A stretch of 64,000 nucleotides of DNA, taken from positions 31,868,001 to 31,932,000 of the forward strand of contig OX597828.1 of the NCBI GenBank assembly GCA_951406725.2, given 5' to 3'. The position numbers were made by a program, and so were the translations under genes. The DNA is from Octopus vulgaris. Taxonomy: Eukaryota. The notes beneath the pieces were generated by a model that saw only the letters and a program-made list of their open reading frames with translations, had not been told where the DNA came from and did no database searches. The stretch's first letter is position 1; each line of letters starts with the position of its first letter. Positions 25,904 to 40,145 of the stretch are shown piece by piece.

Positions 25904-27289
25904 GATAAACGGGAATATTTCAAAGGAATAGAAAGAACGGGGAAATAAAAGCGCATGAAAATAAGGAGATATGGAGATTATCGTGTGGTTGCTAATATCT
26001 AACTAGATTAAATCTGCGAATATTTTAACTCGTGTGCGTTTCTATCTTCTTGATATCTTATTAAATATTCTTATTTGGAATGCATTTAAGCAGTTTTCTA
26101 AAAAAAATGCGCGTTTTTCAGAGTTAATTCGTTTCCATGATTTAATAATCTGTAATTAGAGGTAAAGGTATGGAAAATATCTTCGAAGGAGAAATTTTAC
26201 TTCGAGTTCCGATTATTAAATGGTGAAGCTCTAATAACACATGTCCATTTAACATCTCATTCAGTGTCCTTATCTTTTCAAGACGGGATGATCACACTGA
26301 AACTTGTACAATTCATCTTTCTTCAATTTATGAACGAAGAAATATGCTTGTGCAAACTCTGCTTAGATCCAGTAGAAGACGGCTCTATGTAATTATTAGA
26401 AATGCCATTAGCCGTTACTATACATGTATGCCCTTCAATCGGAGATAATTTGCTTTTATAGCTACAATAATGCTTCTTGATATTAATTTTATTCTTTCTA
26501 CTAGCAAGAAATATGAAGTATTCCGTCGATACTTCACGTATTACCCTTTGGGTTTTATTAGTTGCGTGATATCTTAAATTAGGGGTGTTATCAAAATCAT
26601 TGCTCGCTTCATTTAATTGAAATGAGTGTGATTTGGCCCTAGTCATATCGCTTACACTATCTTCCGAACGCTCTCTTCTCTTTTAATTTCGACTGTTAGC
26701 TAAACAGGTGTTTATTATTCAGCTACAGTCATGAATATTCGTTCATGAATTTTTAGGAATATAGAAATTTTCATGCCTATATCCAACGCCAGCTAGGGCA
26801 TTATTGTAGTACTTTCATATTTTCTACGTTACTAGATAGTGGAGATATACAACGAGAAATATTTTAATGAAAGAACCTGTAATATTTTATGGGTGATTTG
26901 AATTTCTTTCTTACGTATTCATTGGATTTGTGTTTTGAGTAAAATTTGTTACGTTCTCGAACCCAAAACCAAATTAACCTAGCGAAATTTCATTTTACAA
27001 TGTTCATTATCAATGGAAATAGACAAACCTTGACGATTAAATAATTCAAGGTGATTCTTACCAGGGATATTCGAGATTTATATTACTAGATTCATTAGAT
27101 GAAAAGTTTTCTAGCACCTAGTATAAAATAGCACAATCAGTCACTGAACGATCACAGTGGTATCATAAGAGGAAGGAACCTCTATCTTATGTCAGTTCGC
27201 TGCGTTTTCCTTTCCTGTCTCTGTAACTGGGACGAGATAACCACTCCGAAGCACATACACAAAACAGTCTCAAAGAGATACTGCATACC

Positions 27290-27585
27290 TTCCGTCCAGG
27301 GCGAAGTTGCTTCTCGCAACTACCACAGCATTATGGCTGAATAGTCAAACAGCTCAAACACTGAAACGTGAATATGACATATCTGACCTTTGCCAAGATC
27401 TTCGACAATGTTGTACATGGGATATTATGTCACCACCTGCGTGACCTTGGTACGAATGGAAGATTCGGAGTTGCAGCATGACCTTTTAAAACGAAAAGTG
27501 AGACAGCTGAAGCCAATGGTGTTCCTTTGGTAATATACTGGTTCTGAGTGGAGACAAGGAACAGATTCTGAGATTATTCAGAATC
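27290..27585 (+). mobile_element. Decayed CR1-like LINE reverse-transcriptase fragment
   Basis: QGRSCFSQLPQHY...TYLTFAKIFDNVVHGILCHHLRDLGTNGRFG...ANG resembles GRSCLSQL..H...YLDFAKAFDKVDHG.L..KL..LGI.G; stops and frameshifts. Confidence 0.8.
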
Positions 27586-27803
27586 AACAAAAAGTATATC
27601 GTGCTAACCCCATGAAGAACTTCCGTTTCCATTCTTCTGGAATACTATATATATATATATATATATAAGGGAAATACATTGTATTACGCAATTCAATTGA
27701 TAGTGAAAGGTATTATATACATTAAATCATATAGAAAAAATTAAATATATTATAATAAATATTCTAAAATCACTAAATTAAATAAATAAATAAACATTAA
27801 ATT

Positions 27804-27916
27804 CACTGCCGCGTTTCGTGACTATATCTTTAAATCGATAATAATAAAATCGATACTATAAATGATAATTCAATTTAAAATTAATTCGATTTAAAAATAT
27901 ACCCACTCTTCGGGTC
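27804..27916 (-). ncRNA. Degenerate hammerhead-like motif with very long stem II in the PLE pLTR
   Basis: gac-CCGAAGA-gtg ggtatat ttttaaatcga...tcgatttaaa gatatagt cac-GAAAC-gcg; the second pLTR copy preserves gcgTA-gtc. Confidence 0.55.
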
Positions 27917-30012
27917 TGAAATAATAAAATAAATGTATGTATCTTAAAGTATAATAATTAACAAATAGATATAGAAGTATACGTATCGTCACAATAAATA
28001 ATCGAATAAAATGTAACAATATTAATGAAAAAATACTGAAAACATGACGTAAATAATAAATATAGAATGAAAAAAAATATGTATTTTACCTGCGAAAATA
28101 ACAATATATGTTTTCGCTGTGAAAATAACAAATAAACTAGATGTAATATACTTTTTACTGGAAAAAATTCTAAATTCTCAATAATTTAAACTACAATGCG
28201 TGAAATACATAAAATAAACTAAATTTCGATAAATTAATCTATATACATCAATTTATTTATTTATTTTAGAAACACCTTGGTTTAATCTTATTCTAGTTAT
28301 ATACTGCATAATCTGCGGCTAATTTATACTCATTATACTACTACAAATTATAGCTATATAAATTAGTAACATAAATCAGGGTTTATATATATATACACAA
28401 ATTAGCTAAACTTACTATATAACTAATTTAACCTATGTCTACATCTAAGTATTCTCTCATCTTGTTTTTAAACAATTTTTTTATTATTAGATTGTAATAT
28501 CACCATATATTCATTTGTACATAGTAAAACAATTATCACCTATTCGATAAGATTTACTTTTTGCAAACTATCTCCCAATTTAAATTAAACCAATTTCCCT
28601 TAGACTTCAATTCCCATATATTTTGCGAAGGCCAGTGGAATTAATCACTGTTTTATTTTATGGATGCATGTTCTGAGCCACCCCTGATTTAATTTTATTA
28701 GAAGTCGACCCCACGTAAATCGTATTTAACTTATAACTATCCCTATTAGTAGTATCATCAATCAAATTCACAACTCATTTATATGCTACGTCATGCAAAT
28801 TTCATTTATTTTTAAATTTACCTTTTGTCTTATCTTTGTATGTACAATTAATAATATTCTGGTCATTATTATTATAGTAATAATTATTTAATTTGTTAAT
28901 GTACAACTTATTCAGCTTAAATCTATTAAAAGAAGAAGTTATGTTACCAACACTATTATTAGTCGAATAACCAACTCCAAAATTATTACTAAGAAAAATG
29001 TTATTTCATTTTTTTTATTGTGTATAACGAATATTTCAATTAGTTTTAATATCTCTTTAATAATGTTTGTTTTAACATGAGCTTCATGAGGTATAATTAA
29101 CGAAATTTTGTTCATATTAACATTATTTTTATTTATTATATTATATTTATTATTATCATTAAAACGAATTAGATTTATTCTTATCTTTTAGTCTATTATT
29201 ATATTTATTATTTTACTATAAAAATACCTATTATTAAAATCATAATTAACTAAATAAAATTATAATTCTTAATATTAGATTTATTATTATATATATCATA
29301 GGAACCATTTATATTATAATCTTTTACATTATGAATTTTTTACAATTATTAAAGAATTTAATACTACTATTATATCCCGTCTTATAATAAGGTGCATGGT
29401 TTTGGAAAAAAACTCATAATTAGAAGAAAGCATCGATATTCTTTTACCTGTATTATCTATCGACGATTTCTTAATTGAGGGCGGGTGATTATTATTAGCA
29501 TTAATATATGTAAGGTTTTCATTAATATTATGGAATGGTTGGGTTTTACCTGTTATTAAATTAAAATTACCATCTAAAAATTTACATTATAGTTATCTTT
29601 ATATAGAGTAATACCAAATCCATATCTTAAAAACCCCACATAGTTTCTTTTTTATATAATTCTAGTGTTCTATTGGTGCAATTCTTAGTAATGAAAGGTC
29701 ATCCCTATGTAATACACCCTCCAACTTTAATTTTTCTAATTGAAGTTCCAACAATAATTACCTACTAAATCAGGCACCTGGACAGAGTCGCGTGCCCCGA
29801 TAGGTATATCAAAATAGTATCTAGCCCCAAAATATCAAGTTCCTTGCCCCAAATTTTTATTGTATCTAATCAACGATTTCCTAGCCGCTTTAACTACATT
29901 AAATTCATCATAAATCTTTCTAACCGTATTCATTGCAAAAATTAGGACGTTTCTGAGTACAACCTTTTTTATAGAATAATAATAATCATCTATATCTATT
30001 TAAATGAATATA

Positions 30013-30420
30013 GGTGCGGGAATGGCTGCGTGGTAAGTAGCTTGCTTACCAACCACATGGTTCCGGGTTCAGTCCCACTGCCTGGCATCTTGGGCAAGTG
30101 TCTTCTACTATAGCCTCGGGCCAACCAAAGCCTTGTGAGTGGATTTGGTAGACGGAAACTGAAAGAAGTCCGTCGTATATATGTATACGTATATGTATGT
30201 ACGCGTGTATGTTAGTGTTTCTGTGTCTGTCCCACTAGCATTGCTTGACATCCGATGCTGGTGTATATATCTCCCCATCACTTAGCGGTTCGGAAAAAAG
30301 GAACCGATAGAATAAGTACTGGGCTTAGAAAGAATAAGTCCCGGGGTCAATTTGCTCGACTAAAGGATGTTGCTCCAGCATAGCCGCAGTCAAATGACTG
30401 AAAAAGTAACGAGTAAAGGG
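30013..30420 (+). mobile_element. SINE family A, full length, nested in the Penelope RT region
   Basis: ggtgcgggaatggctgcgtggtaagtagcttgcttacc...ggttcagtccc...gctccagcatagccgcagtcaaatgactgaaa. Confidence 0.93.
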
Positions 30421-31712
30421 TATATCTATTTTTATCTTAAATATTATCAAACCATATTAAAGTATTATTAGTACTACTCCAAAGTTTTAGATAATTAAGT
30501 TCATTCTATCTATTAATATATTTATCTAAAATGATCTTACTTAAGTTACCTAGATCTGATTTACATGGACAAATAAGTCTAACTTTTGGGTCAGAATAAA
30601 AATTATTTTTGTGGTCTTTTAAAGTAATTCTAGTGTGCATAGGTACATATTCAGTTTTATTGTCTAATTCATAAGTCATCATGATTTATGTAGAGACCTT
30701 ATCTATATTATAAAGAGTATTTTCAGGAACAATTTTATATTTCTTATTTATTTCTTACTCTAATAGATTATCGTATAATCTAGTGTTCCTAGTTTTATCT
30801 GATCGTACTATAATTCCTTCCATATTTCGCATTTCTTTTACTCTAATAGCTACATTTGTTAAATATTCAATAGTCTATTTGGGTATCTATAAAATTTAAA
30901 ATTATTCACCACCACCTAAATATTATCCTCTAAAACATGTATTTCCCCATTAAACGGGGGTTACTTTCTAGATTTAAATATTGTATTAATATAATTAGTA
31001 TTCTCTACATATTTAATATTAGACGTTTTATAATTATTGTAATAGGATTTCCATTTAATACTATGAATAAATGTTTTTACATTATTAATAATTTCCAAAT
31101 ATATTCTTTTCTACATGGTATAGGAACATCTTTCAAAGAGGAATTCCAAAATATCGGTTCTATCTTATTTGTAAGTTCCATAACTAACGAAATTGAGAGT
31201 AAAATACAATCGACAAACGTGAGTTATAAATATAAATAGTAATATTATTATTAATAATTTTAGGGAATATAAAATTCCAAACTTACAGGGAAAACTTCAA
31301 TTTAGCAATGATAAATCAGATTTTACAATATATAATATATGTATATAATGAAGAGAAATATCCTCTATTAAGTATTTCAGTTGATAGTGAAAGAAATTAT
31401 ATAAATAAAATCATATAGAGAAAAGTTTTAGATATTATCATAAATATTATTCTAGAAACCACTAAATTAAATAAAAACAAAAAATTGACTACGCGCTTTT
31501 TGTGACTAAATCTTTAAATCGATAATAATAAAATCGTGTGCATGCGCGTGTATGTGTGTGTGAATGAATAATTATGTATGTGTGTTTGGGTTACTCTGTG
31601 TGTATATACGTGTAAGGTCCCATATTTGTATCTGTTTGAAGAGAGAAACGCTGGTCAGAGTCACTTTTTGTAAACATCTATTTGTGAAAGCGTAAAAATT
31701 ATCATAAAAGCC

Positions 31713-31749
<37 letters not shown>

Positions 31750-31859
31750 GACATATATATTTGTTTTTCCATAAATTTGAACTATATATATATATATATC
31801 AATCAACTTACTACTGTGGTTAATGTAGACAAGGATGCGTAACGTTCTTTCGTAAATAA

Positions 31860-32072
<213 letters not shown>

Positions 32073-32306
32073 ATCCGCGAACAGCCATATTCCCACATAT
32101 CTACAAATGTGGAATAGTCTCTCGCATATTGACTTTAAATGTCAGCAATGAATGTGGCATTTTACGTTAAATTAATTTGTTTTTCTTTCTCTTTATACAT
32201 TTTGCATTCAATATAACTGTTTCAAAAAAATACAGAAACTATATATATCAACATATTTATATTTTCGATAATTCTCCACGATCACATTTGGAAATCCTAT
32301 GAATAA

Positions 32307-32329
32307 ATGATGATGATGATGATGATGAC

Positions 32330-32389
<60 letters not shown>

Positions 32390-32390
32390 A
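32307..32390. repeat. (ATG)n trinucleotide repeat
   Basis: Directly visible; gives the poly-His artefact ORF. Confidence 0.95.
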
Positions 32391-33299
32391 TTTACCTTGT
32401 AATTTGTACTGTGGCAATGATGTTATTGTATCGTATTACTATACCAAAATACACTTAGAGATTTCCTTCAAGTATTTCGTGTACAAATGCATCTCAGTTC
32501 AAATATATAATTACTTAAAAGCATTGAGTATGCCCTGGGGTCACTCAGATCAAAGCATGTTTTCAATGCGCCAATGTAGACATAGTTTATAAACCCAGAC
32601 AGCAATTATATCAGATATAATTAGAGTTAATTCCTCAGATATTCATTCACTGATTTTGTTCATAATTTTAGTGAATTATTTGACTGAGAAATTAGCAATG
32701 ATTAGACATATTGATTGGGTGTTGAAGTTCATAGAAGTGTCATATGTAACTCTTTAGTATATCAGCGTGTGGTGATTAGAAATTTTCATTTAGACGCCAT
32801 CGTAAACATAATTATTATGATCCTTCGGCGTAATGAGTATAAAACAAAACTCCGATCTTATAATAAATATAATTGCTTTTAAATTTCAATTTACGTTACT
32901 AGCTGAAATGGATTACAAATAAATCCAAAAACCTAATCATTTTTCATGGAACACAGATTTCAGAAATTAGAAGAAAATGTTGTTATTAGTTGTTTACGCA
33001 ATGACTTCGATCATGTCAACATGCACAATACATTACCGTGCAGTTAATGTAATTTCTCGATCGTTTGGAAGAGCGAAATCTGTCTAGTTATTAAACAAAT
33101 AATAGCTTTATTATTTGGTATTACGCATCTTTTGCATGGATAGAACATTATAATGAATTAAAGCTACGCAGAATTTTTTATGGTATATTATCGACTTGAA
33201 CAGTAATTCTAGTTCTATTCTTATTTTAATTAAAACACTCATACGTTAATTATCTAGAGTGTGACACATTAAAAATACGTTAATGTATTATATCGCTAG

Positions 33300-33483
33300 A
33301 ATCATCCTAATAATGCTAAGAACTTGATATTTCAAGAAAATATTGTAAAATACTATTAACAGGATCAAATTAATATAGAGTATAATTAATATAAAATCAT
33401 ATTCTATATTAATCTGATCCTGTTAATAGTATTTTCCAATATTTTCTTTACATATTAAACTCTTAACACTATTAGGATTGATT
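33300..33483. repeat. AT-rich foldback / MITE-like imperfect palindrome (~80-bp arms)
   Basis: aagaaaatattgtaaaatactattaacaggatcaaattaatataga ... tctatattaatctgatcctgttaatagtattttccaatattttctt; outer ends aatcatcctaata / tattaggattgatt. Confidence 0.85.
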
Positions 33484-33752
33484 TCCATGCGAAATACTTT
33501 CTTAGATTATATATTGAATGGTTTATTTAAAACAAGGAAGAGTAAATTTGATAACACATTTGAAGAGCCGCGAATGGTGACTTAATTCTAATTCCTCTAA
33601 TTTAATGCCTTATACAAATTTCAAATACATTACGATATTGAATTGTGATTAGTATACATTATGATGGTACAAGAGAAAGGATGCTCCACAAATATAAATG
33701 GAGGTGGTGTTCTTGTACCTGACTCATTAAAACCCAATTTTGAATACTGAAT

Positions 33753-33965
33753 ATTGGTTTCAAATTATTGCAGAGGCCAGCAAATTTGTGCGTGGGGTAA
33801 ATATATTACTTCGACTCCATTGCGCAACTGGTACTTATTTTATCGACCCCGAAATGTAGACGGGCAAAGTTGACGTCATTGTAATTTGAAATCAGGACGT
33901 GAATCGGACGAAATGCTGCTAAGCATTTAGACCGGCTTCATAACTAGTTTGTAGCTTTCCGCCTT
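33753..33965 (-). mobile_element. Old SINE family B copy
   Basis: aactggtacttattttatcgaccccgaaa...ggcaaagttgac...gacgaaatgctgctaagcattt. Confidence 0.8.
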
Positions 33966-34282
33966 ACGGAACATTATAGTCATTCAAGAATAATCTAGAG
34001 TAATCTGTATGTATATTGTAAACGTAAAATAAACAGTCATGTTTTAAAAGATATATTGATCTGCACTGTTATAGCAAAATAATCTTACACCGCTTTAGAA
34101 ATAGTTGAAAATCTTCCAACATGTAAGTCAGTTTATACGCGCCAGCGTAGAATAGAGAAATACTAGCCAGTGGAGGCTGGAGAATTTCTGATGCCATAAA
34201 TCTGCAGTGTGTCTGTTATTTAACATTATTTTGAGAGCTTTTAATTCTATAATTTTTTTGTTTTGATAATTGTTACAATAAT

Positions 34283-34340
<58 letters not shown>

Positions 34341-34829
34341 TTTTCTATTCCTTGTAGGCTGTCTGAAAATTCAGAAACAGACTGATTTTTTAGGCTTCAT
34401 GCCACCAAACTTCACTAGCGTTTCAAAGCTCTCTATCAACTGAATTAAATAGTTAGAAACATTTTCAGTATTGACCCAACTGATGTAATTCCTTCAGCTT
34501 CCGATTGGCATTAAATTTCTCATTTATAAATATTTATTTCACATATTCTTAGATATATACGCACAGTTTCGAAATATATTCCATGAATTAATCGTACCAT
34601 TAGATAACTAGCTCCTTCCGCACCACATGTTGCAGAGAATTTTCGCAATAAATGTTTTTCGAAAATTTGTAATCAAAATATACAAGTGCAATCACCCCCC
34701 CACACACACATACAAATATACACAAACACACACACGCACACATATACATATATGCACACATAGGCATATGTGTGCGTGTGCCTCTCTCTCTCTCTGTATA
34801 TATATGTATGTATGTATATACATATATAT

Positions 34830-35020
34830 CTGTCGCCATGATAGATCGGTAGACACTATACACATTTTTTCTCTCCTTCTTTTTATCTGTGTCCCTTTCT
34901 GTAGAAGAGTGTAGGCTATAAACGTAAAAGATTATTTCTATTCCTGAGCGTTATACTAATACATCTGTTTGTTTTGTACGCCACCTGTTTCGTCTTTTGT
35001 TTTTTCGTGAACTCTCCCTA
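34830..35020 (+). mobile_element. pLTR-like short repeat (family P2) ending at (TA)n
   Basis: Its 3' part matches the reverse complement of 59053-59140; carries a decayed hammerhead-like segment cttt-ctgtaga-agagtgtaggctataaacgta-aaag. Confidence 0.6.
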
Positions 35021-35516
35021 TATATATATATATTTACTCGTATTACAATGCATACAGAATAAATGCAATTTCTTTGAATATCAAAATTAAGACATTTCTA
35101 AGATTGTAAATATTCGATATGGAAGGAAAAGGATGAAGTGAAATAATTACATTTCCCCGCAGTCAACTACAACGGGATTCAGTACGCTGTTGTTTCATAC
35201 TGATAAACATTACCTATATATATATATACTCACTGGGATAGACAGCTTATTGCAGACAATTATTACTACAAAGAATAAAACTACACACATACTAACTTCA
35301 TGATCGTGCAATGACATTGGACTTTTTCATATGCAATTTATCTTAGATTTCTTTTTTCTCGGTTCAAATCTCGCCGTGTTCACATTTACATTACATCCCG
35401 CCTGAATGAAATGCGAATACTAAGGAGAACGTGCTTGACAGAGAACGTTCCCTTAAATATTCAAGGCTAGGTATAGTCCCTTTATTAGAAAGCATACATC
35501 GGTGCATCCACAAAAT

Positions 35517-35576
<60 letters not shown>

Positions 35577-36946
35577 TACATACACACACATTCATATACA
35601 TTTATATGTGAGTGTATATGTGTGTGCGTGCCTTTGTATTCAACATATTACGCCTGATACATATGGGGAAATTTTATGAAATATATGATGTACAGTAAGA
35701 CGAATAATTGTAGTAGGCATTTTCAAGTCGTTTAATCATAAATCACAAACCTTTCTTTTTAGGTGAGGGTGGGAGGGTTGAAACTGACGGCATAACAGTA
35801 ATTATTTTATGCTGTTCAATAATGTGACGCTTAAAATCATTTGCTGTTCCAGTCAAGAAAATAAGTTCGTTTCCGTTTGATTTTCACTCAAAAGCTTTCA
35901 TTGTTACTATTTTCCATCGTTCAGAGTTGGGGAAGTAGCATTGCTCATTGATTGTTTAAAAGTGAGTTTTTCCGAATCTGTCTTAGAAGTGAACCAACTA
36001 AAAATGGAATACAATACACTTTCTTGCTATTTGAAATGCATGGCAGCTGTCAAATTTTATCAATGTTGCTAATCAAAACTAACTCCATTTTTATATCCAA
36101 TTCCTTTAATATGTCACTTGGTGTACCAATATTTATTCTATATTGTCTGCTTCTTTCCTTTTATATATTCACTTCACTAACATAACATGATTGAAACGAC
36201 TTTTCTGGCTTCATATAGGAATCCAATTTTATGATGTAACTCCATACATCCATGGCTCCAGTTACGAGCCTCTCTTTACCAACAATAGCATATTATTTAT
36301 CTACATTAGGTTACACAATACCGGCCACCCGTAGATGATCTCAGCATCAAAATTTAGTTCAATATTATATCGGTATAAATGTTGTTCTTGTTTAACGGCA
36401 CCTGCTGCTCAGTAGAAGTCGGATTATATACACGAAGCGTTTTAATCGTGTCTACCACGTATCTTGTAAAATACATTCGACTTTACTGAATTCAGTTTTC
36501 GCGATTGTAAGATTTCCTTTGACGCAAACATCACCTGGAACATGAACATGCCACTTCCACATTTGCAGTCATTAAGGCGCATACGTTAAGTAGTATTTAT
36601 AATAGCATTAAATAAAAATTCTTCGACATAGTCAACGGATATATCAGCAATTAAGGAGAAATATATTAAATATGTTAAAATCTCTATCATTTCCTCAGTT
36701 ATACCAGTAGAACCTATTTCTTAGAATAGACTGTATTACGACCGCGACACGTGTGGCGTAATGTTTCGAGGGTTCATTTTACGGCATTTTGTCTGTGAGT
36801 TCAGTCTTGGAACGAATGTTAGGAGTTATGATCAAGTATATCATTTTAATCTACTTCAGGTCAAGTGCCTGAAAGGGACTTCATTAGAAACTATTTGGTG
36901 GTTAATCTTGTGACGTACGGGAGCCTTTTTTGAAAATGATTATTTC

Positions 36947-37334
36947 ATAAAGTGATAGCATGTTGTCAATTGAATGTGACAGTTCCATAAAAGGGAAGAG
37001 TGCTACTGTTATTTAGCCCTAGGAAAGACTGTTTTCCTTGACACATTTCCTGTGTCATTATGTTTCCAAGGTAGAGACAACTATCTCCACCCAGAAAACC
37101 AGCAATCAGAGACTAGTTTCAGAGTCATTGCCCATCATCAGTCTGGAGTAGCATGGTTTGCTAGCTGTCGATGTGTATCCGCCTTTGAAAGCATATATAT
37201 TTCAAGTGAAATACATTCTCTGATTTTTTAAAATAGAAATAATATGTTTCTAAATCTCTCAGGGCTAAATAACAGTAGTATTCTTCCATTTTATAGGACT
37301 GTCACATTAAATTGACAACATACTATCCCTTTAT
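36947..37334. mobile_element. ~390-bp element with 74-bp terminal inverted repeats and an internal hammerhead
   Basis: Arms 36947-37020 and 37261-37334 are imperfect reverse complements. Confidence 0.85.
37107..37145 (-). ncRNA. Minimal type I hammerhead ribozyme motif
   Basis: caga-CTGATGA-t-ggg(caatga)ctc-t-GAA-ACTAGT-C-tctg: stem I caga/tctg, palindromic stem III ACUAGU, GUC triplet. Confidence 0.78.
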
Positions 37335-39750
37335 CGTGCTGCTACTGCATAAATGTCTCTGAAATATTTAGAAATATACCATTTCGATTATTGTATAGAT
37401 ATGCGCTTAGATACCACAGAAAACGTATTTCCGTACTTGTTTCTATTTTTAAACCCATGTACACGCTTTTTCCCATTAGATGTAAATTTGCTCAAGCTGC
37501 CTCGTTTCCATCTATGTTTATCATATTATTCATAATTAATGAGAACCGTGTATATTAAGTATCGTTCGAAACCATAATGCCAATAGAGAATATATAATAA
37601 ATGTCAGCAAGGACAGTGTATTTCGTTTCGAAAACATAAAATACGACCGAGTAAAGGTTTACGGGTCAATATTGTGTTTTACCTATTCTTATAGTGAGAT
37701 ATTCTAATGTTTTCATCTTTAAGCGATAAAAATATATATTCGGGGCCAGAACTGTAAGTTGCATAGACATTCGTAAACGAAATGTAACTTACATTGTTGG
37801 TTCTGAATTCTATACAAAATCTAGAGTTTGTCACTTAAAAATAATAATTGCAATCTTTTAATTTACTTTTGTGTTTCATTATACCATTTTTGTTTTTGTA
37901 TTTTCCTCTTATTTGTCTGCTAGATTGTATGGAAACTATTTTGATTATAGAAAATGCTAATTATACTCCCTACCTCTCCCGATTGTACTGTTATAGTATA
38001 TAGTATCACTTAGTAATTTCTAGTCAGAAAAATTAATTCGCAGGTGATAAAACAATAGAATATTCAATTTTATCGGAGATCAGGTAATTGTTTAGTACCT
38101 ATATGAAATTCGTCAAAGAGGCAGCATACGCTATAATTAAGAAACCCTTTGAGGAAAATGGTTTCCGATGTATATATAATTTCAGCGCCATTTAGAATAT
38201 AGAAAAAAGACCATTAAACTTCACATAAGTAGAAGAGGCAAGCTATTTTAAGGCTTTGCATAATCCTAAATTGAAGATCCGTGTGAAATTTAAGTTGCAT
38301 TTAATATTCAAGGATCAATAATACATGTATTTACTGTATGGGTGAAGGAGATATAAGATCGGTGGACAGATTATCAGAAACTGATTCAAATCACTTGTCT
38401 TATTCCAATTACTCGCCTTGCATGCAATTGATCATGGTACAAAGTAGATTGGATAATAATAGGTGGCAGCACATATACATTCTGTTCATACACTAACTAA
38501 AAAAAAAAATAGAAGAGAAAAACGATGGTCTTCATGCTTCTTCTGGAAGAATAGGATCTTAAGTAAAGTTTATTTATCCCAATATACTGTAATTGAAAAT
38601 GCTGTGAACTGACACATTTAAAACAATATATTCAATACAAAAGAAATAATTTTATAGCAGGAAGGCAAATATATAAAATTGGCCTTTAATATTTTACACT
38701 GGAGGTGCTACAATCTAAATAGTTAAATATAAGGCAATTTTATTTTATAATGTTAAGTTTTGACAGATTTACCATTCGTGTTTTAGAATATGCATATCTT
38801 TATCTTTTCCTGGAAACTTAATCGAAAAATTTCTGAATATTTATTGCATGGGAAATTGCAAGGTAATTTAGAAAAGGAAATATATATGAAATGCCCACGA
38901 AAAGAAGAATATATAATGAAAATAAAATGTATCACGTGAAAGGAAGTAAGTGTCAGTAAACATAGATGCGTCATTGGAAACTCCGTGCAACATATAAAAC
39001 CATTTACATTCTACTGAGAAAAGAAATGTGTTATCTATAGAACCCAAAATTGATTGGAGTGTTTTCTACAGTTTTCAAATGAGAGATAAACGGAAAGCTG
39101 TCATCCATGGCATTAAAGATATGCAAAATAACAATAAATTTCATTTTTAATCTAAATATAAACACGTTTAACCACTTTTTTTTCGATCAGGCTCTTTATA
39201 TTTGCCTATGTATGTCAATGGATACATATTCCATTTTGTTGATTTGTTATTCTTTTGAATACAGCCTTCAAGCTAAATATACATATGACTGCAAATCATA
39301 TAACTCCAATTTCAAAACATAACTTTATGATATCCAAACTTCATCTAGAATAAACAAATATTTACATAAGAAAATGATGATTCTTATTTACTAATTGGAA
39401 TATGCTATGCGTTGTCGTTTGTTTCAATGTTTTCAATATTTCAAACTTTCAGCAGTCTGTAAAAATCATGATGACAAAAATAAAAAAAACACTAGTAAAA
39501 TTTTGTTTAAATTCTAACATGATGATAATAATATTCCTATACAACGTATCATCATAGAATTAAAAAAAAAAGCAAACGTATAGCATTCCAAAATCTTTCA
39601 TCGATCACATATTTTTTCTTATTGTTTGTATTATTTACTGTTCATATACTTATGATTTTTCTCTTCACTGTCAATGAAATCATATTATATTCTGGTTTCA
39701 AACAACATATCGTGCTTCTTGGCGATTGAGATCAGTGTAGCCATTCGACA

Positions 39751-39766
39751 TTATTATTATTATTAA

Positions 39767-39827
<61 letters not shown>

Positions 39828-39948
39828 ATCATTATTATTATTTTTATTATTATTATTATTATTATTATTGTTGTTGTTGTTGTTGTTGGTGTTGTTGTTG
39901 TTGTTGTTATTATTATTATTAATAATGATAACGATAACAATGATGATG

Positions 39949-40012
<64 letters not shown>

Positions 40013-40019
40013 CAACAAC

Positions 40020-40092
<73 letters not shown>

Positions 40093-40106
40093 GTATTAGC
40101 AACAAC

Positions 40107-40145
<39 letters not shown>

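Larger units (their letters stand above)
27667..31535 (-). mobile_element. Degenerate Penelope-like retroelement (RT + C-terminal GIY-YIG) with direct pseudo-LTRs
   Basis: Minus-strand fragments: ITLKDHKNNFYSDPKVRLICPCKSDLGNLSKIILDK (~30.6 kb); FDIPIGARDSVQVPDLVG and GVLHRDD (~29.7-29.8 kb); FLDGNFNL.TG...YINANNNHPPSI (~29.5 kb); IYVGSTS...YIWELKSKG...LCTNE...CRHR (~28.4-28.75 kb). Direct repeats 27667-27853 / 31351-31535; left end abuts (TA)n. Confidence 0.88.

Noticed and set aside
35900-36600. Coding-like composition on the minus strand
   Set aside because: The frames I translated are interrupted and I recognised no domain motif.
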